DNA from: Patescibacteria group bacterium
GTDB taxonomy: Bacteria; Patescibacteriota; Kazan-3B-28
Direction of reading: 5' to 3'
Length of the DNA: 64,000 bases
NCBI GenBank assembly: GCA_041649135.1
Contig: JBAZNQ010000001.1
Location: 445,438 to 509,437 of the forward strand
The position numbers were made by a program, and so were the translations under genes. This document shows, in pieces, positions 46,286-57,644 of the stretch (position 1 is its first letter; each line of letters starts with the position of its first letter). The notes beneath the pieces were generated by a model that ran no database searches, had not been told where the DNA came from, and worked only from the letters and a program-made list of their open reading frames with translations.

Positions 46286-48772
46286 CTAACCACTAGATGC
46301 CACCGTTGCCTTTGCCCGCACCCGTGGCCGAACTGGCGTCAACGCCAGTTTATCACCAGCCTGCCCCACTCTAACTGTCGAACCTTTGGAGAACTCCTTG
46401 TTCAGGATACCCTCCGCCAGCGGGTCTTCGATCATACTTTGGATTAACCGTCTTACCGGTCTAGCTCCCAGCTCCGGCTCAAATCCGTGTTCAGCCAACC
46501 ACTGTTGAGCCTCTGTGGCAACATTCAGTTTAATTTTTTGTCTCTCCAATCGAACACTCAAATCGTGTAACTGTAATTGAACGATTTGCGCAATTTCTTT
46601 GGCTCCCAATGGATGGAAAACCACCGTTTTATCAAACCGGTTCAATAATTCCGGCCGGAATTTTTTCTTCACTTCATCCAACACCTGCTCTTTCACCTTT
46701 TCATAATCCTGCCCCACCACTGCGCTCTGGTTAAAGCCCAATACTGCTTGTCGGTTCAATGCTTCCGTCCCAACATTAGAAGTCAAAATTACAATTGTGT
46801 TGCGAAAAGATACCTTTCGTCCCTTGGCGTCAGTCAGAGAGCCGTCCTCCAACATCTGCAACAAAATGTTCATTACCTCCGGATGAGCCTTTTCAATTTC
46901 GTCCATCAACACCACCGCATACGGTTTGCGTCGAACCGCCTCAGTCAGTTTACCGGCCTCATCATATCCAACATATCCCGGTGGCGCCCCAATCAATCTC
47001 GACACCGCATGCCGTTCCATAAATTCGCTCATATCGATCTTTATCAGCGCATCACGGTCTTTGAAAACTTCCTCTGCCAGCACTTTAGCCAATTCCGTCT
47101 TGCCCACCCCAGTCGGCCCCAAAAATAAGAATGAGCCCATTGGCCGATCTGGATTACCGATATCAACTCGCGACCGCTTAATCGCTGACGCGACTACCGC
47201 GACTGCTTCATCCTGACCAATAATTCTCGTCTTCAATACTTTATCCAAATCGTGCAGCCGCTCCATCTCATCAGCCGCCAAATTGCCCACCGGAATATTA
47301 GTCCACTGGGAGACCACTTTGGCGATATCTTTTTCTTCCACTTTTGGCCAGCCGGTTTTCTTAGTTTTGTTGCGCTGTTTCAAGACTCCCTCAATTTTCT
47401 TCTTCAGTCGCATTTCTTGTGCCCGCAGTTTTGCCGCTTCTTCAAAATCCTGACGGTCAATCGCCTCTTCCTTCAAACCAACCACCTTTTCCAATTCTTC
47501 TTTTTCTACTTGAGCTACTTCCGGCTCGCTAATCCCTGCCGCGATCCGGACCGCTGAAGCCGCCTCGTCAATTAAGTCAATCGCCTTGTCTGGTAGGAAT
47601 CGATCGTTAATGTAGCGCACCGACAAATTCACCGATGCCTCAATCGCTTTATCACTAATCGTTACCTTGTGATACTGCTCATAATTCTGCCGCACACCTT
47701 TCATAATTTTGATCGTGTCCTCTGGCGTTGGTTCACTAACCATGACCGACTGGAAGCGTCGCTCCAATGCCGCATCTTTTTCGATATGCTTGCGATACTC
47801 ATCTAGTGTCGTTGCCCCGATCATCTGTAAAGCGCCACGGGATAGTGCCGGCTTCAATATATTAGCCGCATCCAAACTCCCTTCTGCACTACCCGCTCCC
47901 ACCAACGTATGTAATTCATCAACAAACAAGATGACATCTTTCGCCTTTGTCACCTCATCAATCATTTGGTTAATTCTATCTTCAAATTCACCCCGATACT
48001 TGGTCCCCGCTACCATCGCTGACGGGTTGATCGCCATAATCCGCTTACCCTTGATATTCTCCGGCACCTTACCATCTTTTACCAGCAAAGCTAGTCCTTC
48101 TGCGATTGCTGTCTTACCGATTCCCGGCTCGCCCAACAAGACTGGATTATTCTTGGTTCGACGATTCAAAATTTGAATAACCCGAGCGATTTCATTGTCC
48201 CGCCCGATGACGGGATCGATCTTCCCTTCCCGCGCCATTTGAGTAATATCAACACTAAATTGATCCAAGATCGGCGTAGTGGTCTTACCCTCTTTCCCAT
48301 CTGTCGCTCCTACTCTTACCCGCGGCTCACGATCCCGATTAGCTTCCATTAGCGCCGCTACCTGTGCCGCCGCTACTCCGGGGTCAATCCCCAATTCCAG
48401 CAACATGGCATAGGCCAAACTACTGCGATTTTGAACCATCGCAAATAACAAGTGTTCGGTTCCGATATAAAAACTACCATACTGGGCGGCTACCAATACC
48501 GCTCCCTCAATTAATCGCTTTGCATGTTCCGTCAGCCCAGCTCGTTGGCCAGCCGATTTTTGGACAAAACCCAAAACCATTTCTACCCGTTCGGCACTCA
48601 CCCCTAGGCTACTCAATATTTCATAAGCCGAGCCACTCTTCACATTTAACATCGCCATCAGCACATGCTCACTTCCCAAATGAAAATCTCCCAAATCCCG
48701 TGCCAACTTTTGAGCGTTCGTTAACACCTTCTTGGCGTTGGTCGTGAATTTGTCCAAAAAGTAATTTTCCAT
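46286..48772 (-). CDS. clpC: ATP-dependent Clp protease ATP-binding subunit ClpC
   Basis: Two Clp-N repeats, AAA+ D1 ([15 protein letters not shown]), a short UVR-like linker and D2 ([15 protein letters not shown]). Length 828 aa. Confidence 0.9.
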   Translation of the reverse strand: MENYFLDKFTTNAKKVLTNAQKLARDLGDFHLGSEHVLMAMLNVKSGSAYEILSSLGVSAERVEMVLGFVQKSAGQRAGLTEHAKRLIEGAVLVAAQYGSFYIGTEHLLFAMVQNRSSLAYAMLLELGIDPGVAAAQVAALMEANRDREPRVRVGATDGKEGKTTTPILDQFSVDITQMAREGKIDPVIGRDNEIARVIQILNRRTKNNPVLLGEPGIGKTAIAEGLALLVKDGKVPENIKGKRIMAINPSAMVAGTKYRGEFEDRINQMIDEVTKAKDVILFVDELHTLVGAGSAEGSLDAANILKPALSRGALQMIGATTLDEYRKHIEKDAALERRFQSVMVSEPTPEDTIKIMKGVRQNYEQYHKVTISDKAIEASVNLSVRYINDRFLPDKAIDLIDEAASAVRIAAGISEPEVAQVEKEELEKVVGLKEEAIDRQDFEEAAKLRAQEMRLKKKIEGVLKQRNKTKKTGWPKVEEKDIAKVVSQWTNIPVGNLAADEMERLHDLDKVLKTRIIGQDEAVAVVASAIKRSRVDIGNPDRPMGSFLFLGPTGVGKTELAKVLAEEVFKDRDALIKIDMSEFMERHAVSRLIGAPPGYVGYDEAGKLTEAVRRKPYAVVLMDEIEKAHPEVMNILLQMLEDGSLTDAKGRKVSFRNTIVILTSNVGTEALNRQAVLGFNQSAVVGQDYEKVKEQVLDEVKKKFRPELLNRFDKTVVFHPLGAKEIAQIVQLQLHDLSVRLERQKIKLNVATEAQQWLAEHGFEPELGARPVRRLIQSMIEDPLAEGILNKEFSKGSTVRVGQAGDKLALTPVRPRVRAKATVASSG

Positions 48773-48793
48773 TTTTATCTCCCCCTTGGTTAA

Positions 48794-50008
48794 TTAAGCT
48801 TCTTCGTCACCTGCCGGTGTCTCCGGTTCTTCCGGTTTTTCTGATTCCGAAGGTTCTACCACCATTTCAGTCGGTGTTTCAGCTGATGTTTCTTCAGTTA
48901 CTTCAGCCGGCGCCATCTCAACTTCTTCTGCTACTTCACTTTCCGCTTCGGTTGCTTCATTTCTGTTCAAACCAACATGCGTACCTTTTTCTACTTCAAT
49001 CTGCCAAGCGGCCAATTTGCTAGCCAACCGGACATTCTGCCCCGCTTTACCAATCGCCAAACTTAATTGATCATCTTCTACCTTAATTAAAGCTGAATGG
49101 CTAGCTTCATCTAACACCACTTCTTTAATTTTAGCTGGCGACAATGCGTTGATGATGTACTGCTTCGCATTCTCATCCCACAGTACGATGTCGATTTTTT
49201 CCTCACCAATTTCTGCCATCACCGCTTGTACTCGCACTCCTCGCCGACCAACCAATGAACCAACTGGGTCGACTGCTTCTTGGGTGGAATGTACCGCTAC
49301 TTTTGATCTGACCCCAGCCTCCCGCGCTACACCCTTAATTTCCACCGTACCGGCAGCAATTTCTGGCACTTCCATTTCGAAGAGTCTGGCGATCATCTGC
49401 GGATGCGACCGCGACAATAGTACCTGCGGTTCACGTCCGGAATCATCCACTTTCACAATATAGAATTTCATCCGCTGACCAGAGTAGTACCGATCTACCC
49501 GTGATTGTTCGGATGGGAACAAAATACCGGTCGATTTACCGATATCAACCATCACCACATTTCCTTCCACTCGCTGAATCGTTCCATTAATCAGCTGCCC
49601 TTCCTTTTCTTTATATTCTTGGAAAATCATATTCCGCTCTGCCTCTCGCAACCGCTGTAAAATTACTTGCTTGGCAGTCTGCGCGGCTACCCGACCATAT
49701 TCAGCCGGTGGGAAAACTTCTTCCCGAATTTCACCGCCCACTTCGGCATCTTTATCAACTTTTTTGGCATCTTTTAAAGTGATCTCTTTCATTGGATCTT
49801 CAACTTCTTCCACGATTTTGTGTACAACAAACAACCGCGTCTTTTCCGACTTCGGATCGATCTGGGCAACTACTAGCTGCTCTTTCTGACCAAAATCCTT
49901 CCGATATGCTGCCGCCAGAGCCGCTTCCACCGTCTCTAAAACCGCTTCCCGACTAATCCCTTTTTCTTCGGCAATCTGTAAGATCGCTGCCATAAATTCT
50001 GATGCCAT
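48794..50008 (-). CDS. nusA: Transcription termination/antitermination factor NusA with an acidic C-terminal tail
   Basis: S1 and KH domain motifs. Confidence 0.9.
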   Translation of the reverse strand: MASEFMAAILQIAEEKGISREAVLETVEAALAAAYRKDFGQKEQLVVAQIDPKSEKTRLFVVHKIVEEVEDPMKEITLKDAKKVDKDAEVGGEIREEVFPPAEYGRVAAQTAKQVILQRLREAERNMIFQEYKEKEGQLINGTIQRVEGNVVMVDIGKSTGILFPSEQSRVDRYYSGQRMKFYIVKVDDSGREPQVLLSRSHPQMIARLFEMEVPEIAAGTVEIKGVAREAGVRSKVAVHSTQEAVDPVGSLVGRRGVRVQAVMAEIGEEKIDIVLWDENAKQYIINALSPAKIKEVVLDEASHSALIKVEDDQLSLAIGKAGQNVRLASKLAAWQIEVEKGTHVGLNRNEATEAESEVAEEVEMAPAEVTEETSAETPTEMVVEPSESEKPEEPETPAGDEEA

Positions 50009-50175
50009 AAAATTTGCTTAATTTATTTACCGGATGAGGTCTATTGCCATGTGTCTTATCTGACCACTAGTCGTTATTCCTCAATCCCTATCCTTATATA
50101 TTCATCATAAACCAGCAGGCTTGAGTATCAAACCTGCTATCCATGAGCACTCGGAGTATATCTTACATACCCACC

Positions 50176-50535
50176 TTAGTCAACGGTCTCAATCTCGCTA
50201 ATCAACTCTGGCTCCCCTTCACCCAAAATTGTTACCACTCCCAGCCCGACCGGCCAGCTCACCTCGCGCTCCTTTATCCATGTTAACGCCACCCGTTCCA
50301 TCCGTTTCAGTTTCATTCTCCCAATCGCTTCCGCCGGCAATCCAAATCTCTGACTGCTACGCGCCTTTACCTCTACCATCATGACTTGTTTCCCGTTAAA
50401 GGCGACCAAATCAACCTCACCCCATCGACAGCGATAGTTTCGTTCCACTATCTTCCAACCCCGCTTTTCCAAAAACTCCCCCGCCCTGTCCTCACCTCGT
50501 TGTCCCGTAGTTTGATTTTTCATCCCCACCAACAC
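50176..50535 (-). CDS. yraN: YraN-family (UPF0102) endonuclease
   Basis: GEDRAGEFLEKRGWKIVERNYRCRWGEVDLVA signature. Confidence 0.8.
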   Translation of the reverse strand: MLVGMKNQTTGQRGEDRAGEFLEKRGWKIVERNYRCRWGEVDLVAFNGKQVMMVEVKARSSQRFGLPAEAIGRMKLKRMERVALTWIKEREVSWPVGLGVVTILGEGEPELISEIETVD

Positions 50536-50595
50536 TATACCCCAATCTTCACAGACCCTTCGGAGTTCTGCTGGGAAGCGAACGTAATCTGCTGT

Positions 50596-50640
50596 TCCCT
50601 AATCTCTGACCCCTAGTCCCTAATCCCTATAGACTCCCCT
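50596..50640. repeat. Heptad-periodic (CCCTAAT/CCCTAGT) tandem array
   Basis: Seen directly, between the rnhB stop and the yraN start. Confidence 0.55.
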
Positions 50641-51316
50641 GTGTCAACTTATGGTGCATCATCATTTTCACTGGCGCAAAGCTTTTCCGATGCGCTGGAC
50701 AAACCCCGTGCTTAGCAATCCGTTCCTGATGTAGTTGCGTCCCATAGCCTTTATGGATCGCAAAACCAAATCGCGGATACTTATTATGTAGTTCCACCAT
50801 CAGCCGGTCCCGCACTACCTTCGCCACGATCGAACCAGCCGCAATTGACATTGATTTAGCATCGCCATCAATGATCCCACTACTCGGCGCCTGCTCAAAA
50901 TTAACTTTAAACCCATCCACCAAAATAAACTCCGGCTTAATTTTCAAAGCGTCAATGGCTTGCGCCATTGCTACATAGGTCGCTTGGGCAACTCCCAATT
51001 TATCAACCTCCTCCACTTCCACTATTCCCACCCCGGTCGCAACTGCCAATTCCTGGATCTTCGAAAACAACCCGTCACGTTGAGCCGGTGTTAGCTGTTT
51101 TGAATCATTAATCCCAAGTTTGTCCGGCAAGTCTTCCGGCAAAATCACCGCCGCGGCTACCACCGGTCCAGCCCACGCCCCCCGACCTGCTTCGTCGACT
51201 CCGGCGATCAATTTAATTCCCGTCGCTTTAAGCGTTGTCTCCAGTTCCAGCGTCGGGTTCAGCCACTGACTCGTCTTCCCCCTCGGTTTCGTGTAGTTGT
51301 TGTTCTGACTCATCAT
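50627..51316 (-). CDS. rnhB: Ribonuclease HII; the start is uncertain and the longer ORF overlaps the rplS tail
   Basis: LIAGVDEAGRGAWAGPVV catalytic motif. The upstream in-frame basic stretch may not be translated. Confidence 0.75.
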   Translation of the reverse strand: MMSQNNNYTKPRGKTSQWLNPTLELETTLKATGIKLIAGVDEAGRGAWAGPVVAAAVILPEDLPDKLGINDSKQLTPAQRDGLFSKIQELAVATGVGIVEVEEVDKLGVAQATYVAMAQAIDALKIKPEFILVDGFKVNFEQAPSSGIIDGDAKSMSIAAGSIVAKVVRDRLMVELHNKYPRFGFAIHKGYGTQLHQERIAKHGVCPAHRKSFAPVKMMMHHKLTQGSL

Positions 51317-51830
51317 TATTCGTCGAGGGTTGATTATCCTCTGTCTCGTTTGTTTCAGTTGATTGAGCTTCAGCCGCCTTACGTTTTTCTTCAGCCTGAA
51401 CTGCTTCTGCAATATCTTCTTCCGTAGCTTCAATCTTAGCTTCTGTATCCTGACCCAAAACTTCCGCCCAAGCTTCCTTCTGGCTCGTCTTATCCTTCAT
51501 CTTCAATGCTTTGCCAGTCAACGCCCGCAAATAGTACAACTTGGCTCGCTTTATATTTGAACCCCGCTTAAATTCTACTTTCGTAATGTTTGGCGAGTGA
51601 AGCAAGAAGACTTTTTCAACTCCGATGCCAGAGGAAATCTTGCGAACAGTAAAACTGGCATTCACACCTTTGCCATGGTTAGTCGCAATGACAATCCCTT
51701 CGAACACCTGAATTCTCTCTTTATTACCTTCCCGAATCTTTTGGTGAACTCGAACTACATCGCCCACTTCGATATCAGGGACGCTGGTCTTCTGGGATAG
51801 TTTCAAAATTGATTCTGCTTTTGAGGTCAT
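51228..51830 (-). CDS. rplS: 50S ribosomal protein L19 with a ~85-aa acidic C-terminal extension
   Basis: L19 core (VGDVVRVHQKIREGNKERIQVFEGIVIA) followed by an E/D-rich tail. Confidence 0.85.
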   Translation of the reverse strand: MTSKAESILKLSQKTSVPDIEVGDVVRVHQKIREGNKERIQVFEGIVIATNHGKGVNASFTVRKISSGIGVEKVFLLHSPNITKVEFKRGSNIKRAKLYYLRALTGKALKMKDKTSQKEAWAEVLGQDTEAKIEATEEDIAEAVQAEEKRKAAEAQSTETNETEDNQPSTNNDESEQQLHETEGEDESVAEPDAGTGDNA

Positions 51831-51926
51831 AACTTGGACATCCTACCAAAAGCTCGTCTCCAGCGCAAGCTTTTTACATCAAGAAAGCCCTGCTCCCCAA
51901 GAGGGGCAGGGCTTCATTAGATAGGT

Positions 51927-53954
51927 TCACTTTACGTCCAGCTGGATGCCGGGGGCAACTGGCGGAGCCAGAGTCTCCCAAGTCACTTTCACTAATTGAG
52001 ACTGTGACTGTGCCACTAAGTCCATCTTCAGCCTTCGGATTTGATCTCCGCTGACAAGATAAACATTAAAGTCCGCCCAGCTCTGTCCGAGCCCTCGACT
52101 ATCAATGTCCATCGCACTAATGCTTGGGATTGTTGATTGGTCAAAAACCTCCAAAACTGAATTGAGCTTCTGATTGAACAGACCCAGCCCAAACACCGAC
52201 ACCACCACTAGCTGGGTTTTATCCCCGACTGGTTTCAGCGCTAACAGACCAGTCCCGATTTTCATCGGCTGGCTGACCCCAACCGCCACCGACTTCGTTG
52301 CCTCTAGGGGCACCTCCTTATCCGCTACATTCACAGAATATAGCGAATATCCGCTCCCTTGCTTAATCGCGAAATAAACTTGCTCACCAATTAATACTGG
52401 CGGGCTATCCAACTCCATCGGCCCCGTTACCAGTATTTTGGCCATCCCTGCTTTATCGCGTAGCATCAAGTTGCCATCAGACACGAACGCGATCCATTTC
52501 CCATCATCACTCACACCGGCCAGACTGCTCTTACCGTCAATCGTCAGTTGAACAACTCGCCCATCATCCGACTGCACCGCAATAATATCTGACCGACCAG
52601 TCTGTGCTCGAGTTAAGATCAAATCATTGTTCAGCCACTGTGGCCAACTAAACTGGCCCGAGCCCAAACGCAGTTGAGTTAACGACTCTTGGCTATCCGA
52701 CCGAACCCATATCTCGCCTTGCTGATTGGCAAACACCAGTCTGGCGTCAGCCAATGTCGTACCGCTGGAATAAGACGGCAACTTAATATCGTCCGGCAGT
52801 TCTGGTAACCACAAGTCAAAGTTGTCCACTTTGCTCTGTGGCGGCAAAATTCGCGGAATCAGAATATCCATTACCGTCATCCACAATTCAGTCCCGCCAT
52901 TGTCTTGTAACATCTCGGAATGGTTGTGCATTGGAATAACGATAGTGTTCGCATCTTCAGCATAGCCACGAAAATGCTTCGAATCTCGTGACAGTGCCGA
53001 ATCCAGCGATACAATCCCGTCACTCGGTCCGGCTCCTAGTCTGTCTAGTGCTAAACCGGTAGCCCGATAATAGGCCGCATCCTGAACAGCACCAGCGTTG
53101 GTCGCTCGCGTAAACAATTGATCGCCCGCCAACAGCAAATCCAGATTTCTCTGAATTGAACCTTCATCAGACACATCAATCGTCCCACCCAAAAGATACC
53201 AATCGCTGGTCAGCGAATATTCCTTATAAGATTCCATCGCCGGAGGATAATCTACCCGTAACCACTTCACTCCCTCGGCGTTGAAATCGATCCCCAAATA
53301 ACCTGCCATCCAGCTAACTAACGACGCCAATATTTTACCGGTGTATGGGAATGCCTTCCCAATGCCCTGTTCAGCTGTTGCTTTATCAGCCAGCTCACAT
53401 CCCATGTGGGGCGTCGCCAATGTTAATACCGCATCGGTCTTTCGCCCCCCAGTCTCTCCCCAGTATCGGCGCAAAACCTTGCCGCCTTTACTGTGCCCGA
53501 CGAATTCGGACTTGGTTTTCCCAGAAGTTAAGTCTGGGTCACTTTCCAACTTATCCTCCAACCAACCAGCGATTTGAAGATCGGAAAACTTGGAGTTATA
53601 CCAATAGCCGTACCATTTGCTATCGCTATATAACTCTCTACCAGTCCGATCCCGATAAACGCCCTGACATGTCATCAGCGGCAACGCCATAGTAGTTTTT
53701 AGAGCCTCTTCAGTCGGACCATCCACATCAGTCGAACCGTTCAACCCTAGTACCACCACAACTGGTTTCCGACCATTCAACGGCTGATTATCGCTAAGTT
53801 CCACCCACCGACCCTTCGCACTCCATGCCTTCAGCCCATCGACCAGACTGTTTTGAACCATACTGTCTGGCACGCTCGCCCAGACAGCGGTCACGGCGGC
53901 GACAGCCACCAGACCCGTCTTCCACGACAAAAGCTTGGGTAGCATGATCGCCAC
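51927..53954 (-). CDS. Secreted alpha/beta-hydrolase (lipase-like GHSKGG) fused to a TolB-like beta-propeller
   Basis: Signal peptide, GxSxG motif (VGHSKGG), and a repeat-rich C-terminal half. Confidence 0.5.
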   Translation of the reverse strand: MAIMLPKLLSWKTGLVAVAAVTAVWASVPDSMVQNSLVDGLKAWSAKGRWVELSDNQPLNGRKPVVVVLGLNGSTDVDGPTEEALKTTMALPLMTCQGVYRDRTGRELYSDSKWYGYWYNSKFSDLQIAGWLEDKLESDPDLTSGKTKSEFVGHSKGGKVLRRYWGETGGRKTDAVLTLATPHMGCELADKATAEQGIGKAFPYTGKILASLVSWMAGYLGIDFNAEGVKWLRVDYPPAMESYKEYSLTSDWYLLGGTIDVSDEGSIQRNLDLLLAGDQLFTRATNAGAVQDAAYYRATGLALDRLGAGPSDGIVSLDSALSRDSKHFRGYAEDANTIVIPMHNHSEMLQDNGGTELWMTVMDILIPRILPPQSKVDNFDLWLPELPDDIKLPSYSSGTTLADARLVFANQQGEIWVRSDSQESLTQLRLGSGQFSWPQWLNNDLILTRAQTGRSDIIAVQSDDGRVVQLTIDGKSSLAGVSDDGKWIAFVSDGNLMLRDKAGMAKILVTGPMELDSPPVLIGEQVYFAIKQGSGYSLYSVNVADKEVPLEATKSVAVGVSQPMKIGTGLLALKPVGDKTQLVVVSVFGLGLFNQKLNSVLEVFDQSTIPSISAMDIDSRGLGQSWADFNVYLVSGDQIRRLKMDLVAQSQSQLVKVTWETLAPPVAPGIQLDVK

Positions 53955-53988
53955 CTCCTAATTGGTAATGTGCTACATCCTTTATTGT

Positions 53989-56900
53989 CTACTTTAACAG
54001 CGTCGTCAACTCACGTTCTAACGCATCGGAACGGACTGCTTTCGTATTTGTTTTAACTTTCTGCCACCGACCATTGCTAAAGATCTCCAGCATGACCGTT
54101 AAATCCCCCTGATATTTTTCCAGCGTCTGTTTTAGGTTAGTCAACTTACCATTCGTAAAAGTTCGTGGGATCTTGATCAGCATCCCGCTGCTGGTATATT
54201 CGAATCGCTGGATAATTGGTTTCACGAAACTCGGCCTGTCCTCTGCCCTTCTGGTGATCATGGCCGCTTCTTCTAGTTGCTTCAAATAGGCGTCATTAAT
54301 TTCATACGCTTCGCTTGCCAAGATTTTTGGCTCTGCCACTACCACAATATTTTCTCCCTGATTTTCCGCTCGCTCTTTGACATTGACTCTCCCCGCTACC
54401 AAAACAATTTTGTCGCGTTCCCATAATTTCCTAGTCGCATCCAAAACCCTTGGAAATACAATTGCCTCGATCGTTCCTCCTAAGTCCTCCAAAGTTACAA
54501 ATAACATTGCGTCACCGTTTTTGGTAAATACCTTCTGCACCCGATTTATCACTCCTGCCACCTTCACAGTCTTGTTGTCATCCGCCCCAGCCAAAGAGGT
54601 CACCTGTCGCACGATCCCTACCAATCGCGGCATGATTTCTTTCAATGGATGGCGTGACACAAATGTTCCTAAATATTCCTTTTCCCATGCTAATCTCTCT
54701 TGATCGGTGGCCGATTCTCCCGGCATCAACTTGATATTCTGTTGGGTCGCCGTCTCCTGCTCACCAAACATTCCCAGTTGATTCGAATTCATATGTCGCT
54801 GATACTCCAACGAGAAATTCAAGATCGCTTCAATATTCTCGTAGAGCGTCTTGCGCTCACCAAAATCATCCAACACTCCGGTCAAGATCAGACTTTCCAT
54901 CGTTTTGCGGTTAATCACTTCCCGCCCCGCTCGTTTCACAAAATCAACCAAATCCTTATATACCCCGTTCTTTTGCCGCTCCTCCACCATCATGTCAGAA
55001 ACCTTCCGACCAACATTTTTGATCGCATTCAATCCAAAAACGATCGCTCCGGTATCCTTGACGACCGCAAAGTCAGTAAAGCTTTTATTGATCGACGGTG
55101 GCAAAACTTCTATCTTCATGTGCTCGCATTCAGTAATGTTCTTGGCAATTTTGTCTAAGTCCTGCTGTTCAGAAGTCATCAAGGCCGCCATAAACGCGCT
55201 CGGGAAATGAGCCTTCAAATATGCCGTCCAGTAGGCGATTACCGCATAACTCACCGAGTGAGCTCGGTTAAACCCATACAAAGCAAATGGTTCTACAAAA
55301 TGAAATAGCTGTTCAGCAATATCCGATCGGACTCCGTGAGATATCCCGCCAGCAATAAATTTTTCTTTCTGTTCGTTTAAGAGCTTGACGTTCTTTTTCC
55401 CGATCGCCTTTCGCAACACATCCGCCTCACCCAACGTAAATCCGCACAGATCGCGAGCGATCTGCAACACCTGCTCTTGATAAACCGCGATCCCGTAAGT
55501 GTCTTTTAAAATTGGTTCCAATTTTGGATGGATATATTCAATCTTTTTTTGACCCCGCTTTCTGGCAATAAAATCCGGCAAGAATTGGATAGGCCCTGGT
55601 CGATACAATGCCACCATAGCCGCAATATCTCCAAACACAGTCGGCCTAAGCTCCTTAAGATTTTTGCGCATCCCCTCGCCTTCCAGCTGGAACACTCCGG
55701 TAGTATTTGCCGCCGCCAGCAATTCAAAAGTTTTTTTGTCATCAAAGGGTAGCTTGGTAACATCAACCTCTACCCCATCAACTTTTCGAATAATTCTTAG
55801 AGCATTTTTAATAATGGTCAGGTTTTTCAACCCCAAGAAGTCCATCTTCAATAGCCCCAAAGATTCCAGCGGGTACATCGAATATTGGCTCACCAAAACT
55901 TTGTCATCCGACGGTGAATATTGAAGCGGCATATAATTGGTCAAATCCATATCACCAATTACAACTCCGGCCGCATGAACCGACGCATGTCGAATCGTGC
56001 CCTCTAATTTCATCGACAAATCCAATACTCGCCTTACCGAGTCGCTGCCGGTATACATCTCTTTTAGCTCCGCCACTTCTTCAATATGTTTTGACAGCGG
56101 GGTAAATTTCCCTTGTTGCGGTGGCGGGATCAATTTGGCGATCCGGTCCACTTCTCCATACGGCATCCCCAGCACCCGACCAACATCCCGCACCGCCGCT
56201 CTGGATGCCATCGTCCCAAAAGTAATGATCTGGGCAACTTTGTCCGCCCCATATTTCTGACGAACATATTCGATCACTTCACCCCGCCGGTCATCCGCAA
56301 AATCCATATCGATATCCGGCATTGATACCCGTTCTGGGTTTAAGAATCGTTCAAACAGTAACCCATGTTCCATTGGATTAACCTCGGTAATTCGTAAAAC
56401 ATACGACACCATACTCCCAGCCGCGCTTCCCCGCCCAGGCCCCACCACGATCCCTTGGTTCTTTGCCCAATTCACAAAATCTGCCACGGTCAGCATATAA
56501 CCCTTGTATCCCATCTGGGCGATCACTGAAACTTCATAATCTACCCGCTCCTGAATTTCCGAAGTCATCCCGTCTTCAAATCTAAATTTAAGACCAACTT
56601 CAACCTGCTCCCCAAAGTACTGGTCAATCGTCTTTCCATCCGGCGGCACAAATGCCGGAAAAATAAACTTGCCCATCGGGATCTCCAAATTGCATTTCTC
56701 GGCGATCTTCACCGTATTCTCGATCGCCTCCGGCACATGTTGAAACGCCTCAATGATCTCCTCTGGATCTTTTACATGAAAATGCTCACTCATCATCGAC
56801 ATCCGATTGGTATCCGCCACCCGCGCTCCCGTTTGTACACACAAAAGTACATCCTGCGCTTCAGCATCTTCCAGACATAAATAATGCGCGTCAGCCGATG

Positions 56901-57525
56901 CCACCAGTGGAATATTCAGTTCCTGACTCATCCCGATCAGCGCATCATTCACCAAACCCTGCTCCGGAATGTTGGGGTGCGACTGCAATTCCAAATAATA
57001 GTCATCTCCAAAAACTTGCTTATGCCACAATATCAATTCCTTCGCCTTCCCCAAATTGCCTACCCGAATTGCCCGCGGCACTTCTCCGCTCAAACATCCC
57101 GACAAACACACCAACCCTTGGGAATATTTCTTCAGCGTTTCATGATCTACCCTCGGTTTATAATAAAACCCCCGCAAGTGCGCTTCGGTAGTCAGCTTCA
57201 TCAAATTCCGATAGCCAGTTAAATCCTTAGCCAACAAGGTTAAATGAAAATAATCCCGCTCACCCACCCGAGCTTCTCGGTCCGACATCTTGCCGGCTGT
57301 GATATAAATTTCGTTACCAATAATCGGCTTTATCCCCGCCGCCTTGCATTCTTTATAGAACTCGATCGCCCCATACATGACACCGTGGTCGGTCAGTCCA
57401 ACCGCCTCACCGCCTTGCTCAACTATCCGCTTCACCAAAGCAGGGATTTTAGTCAGCCCATCCAGCAGACTGTAATGGCTGTGCAGATGTAAGTGCACAA
57501 ACTTCACGTTAACCCCACCTCCCAA
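53989..57525 (-). CDS. dnaE: DNA polymerase III alpha subunit
   Basis: PHP domain HLHLHSHYSLLDG. 1178 aa. Confidence 0.95.
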   Translation of the reverse strand: MGGGVNVKFVHLHLHSHYSLLDGLTKIPALVKRIVEQGGEAVGLTDHGVMYGAIEFYKECKAAGIKPIIGNEIYITAGKMSDREARVGERDYFHLTLLAKDLTGYRNLMKLTTEAHLRGFYYKPRVDHETLKKYSQGLVCLSGCLSGEVPRAIRVGNLGKAKELILWHKQVFGDDYYLELQSHPNIPEQGLVNDALIGMSQELNIPLVASADAHYLCLEDAEAQDVLLCVQTGARVADTNRMSMMSEHFHVKDPEEIIEAFQHVPEAIENTVKIAEKCNLEIPMGKFIFPAFVPPDGKTIDQYFGEQVEVGLKFRFEDGMTSEIQERVDYEVSVIAQMGYKGYMLTVADFVNWAKNQGIVVGPGRGSAAGSMVSYVLRITEVNPMEHGLLFERFLNPERVSMPDIDMDFADDRRGEVIEYVRQKYGADKVAQIITFGTMASRAAVRDVGRVLGMPYGEVDRIAKLIPPPQQGKFTPLSKHIEEVAELKEMYTGSDSVRRVLDLSMKLEGTIRHASVHAAGVVIGDMDLTNYMPLQYSPSDDKVLVSQYSMYPLESLGLLKMDFLGLKNLTIIKNALRIIRKVDGVEVDVTKLPFDDKKTFELLAAANTTGVFQLEGEGMRKNLKELRPTVFGDIAAMVALYRPGPIQFLPDFIARKRGQKKIEYIHPKLEPILKDTYGIAVYQEQVLQIARDLCGFTLGEADVLRKAIGKKNVKLLNEQKEKFIAGGISHGVRSDIAEQLFHFVEPFALYGFNRAHSVSYAVIAYWTAYLKAHFPSAFMAALMTSEQQDLDKIAKNITECEHMKIEVLPPSINKSFTDFAVVKDTGAIVFGLNAIKNVGRKVSDMMVEERQKNGVYKDLVDFVKRAGREVINRKTMESLILTGVLDDFGERKTLYENIEAILNFSLEYQRHMNSNQLGMFGEQETATQQNIKLMPGESATDQERLAWEKEYLGTFVSRHPLKEIMPRLVGIVRQVTSLAGADDNKTVKVAGVINRVQKVFTKNGDAMLFVTLEDLGGTIEAIVFPRVLDATRKLWERDKIVLVAGRVNVKERAENQGENIVVVAEPKILASEAYEINDAYLKQLEEAAMITRRAEDRPSFVKPIIQRFEYTSSGMLIKIPRTFTNGKLTNLKQTLEKYQGDLTVMLEIFSNGRWQKVKTNTKAVRSDALERELTTLLK

Positions 57526-57644
57526 AGGTTAGAAGCTAGTATAAAACGTACTCCTAATTCTAACACTTTTACCCCGCCCAATAGGTATTTTATCCCGAGG
57601 AACCGAGGGGAACCCGCAAGATGAGATCCCGAGGAACCGAGGGA

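Noticed and set aside
46748-48747. Multiple plus-strand ORFs inside clpC (and similar antisense ORFs inside dnaE, leuS, rpoD, dnaG and nusA)
   Set aside because: They are antisense to long, unambiguously identified housekeeping genes. They have no RBSs and low-complexity translations.
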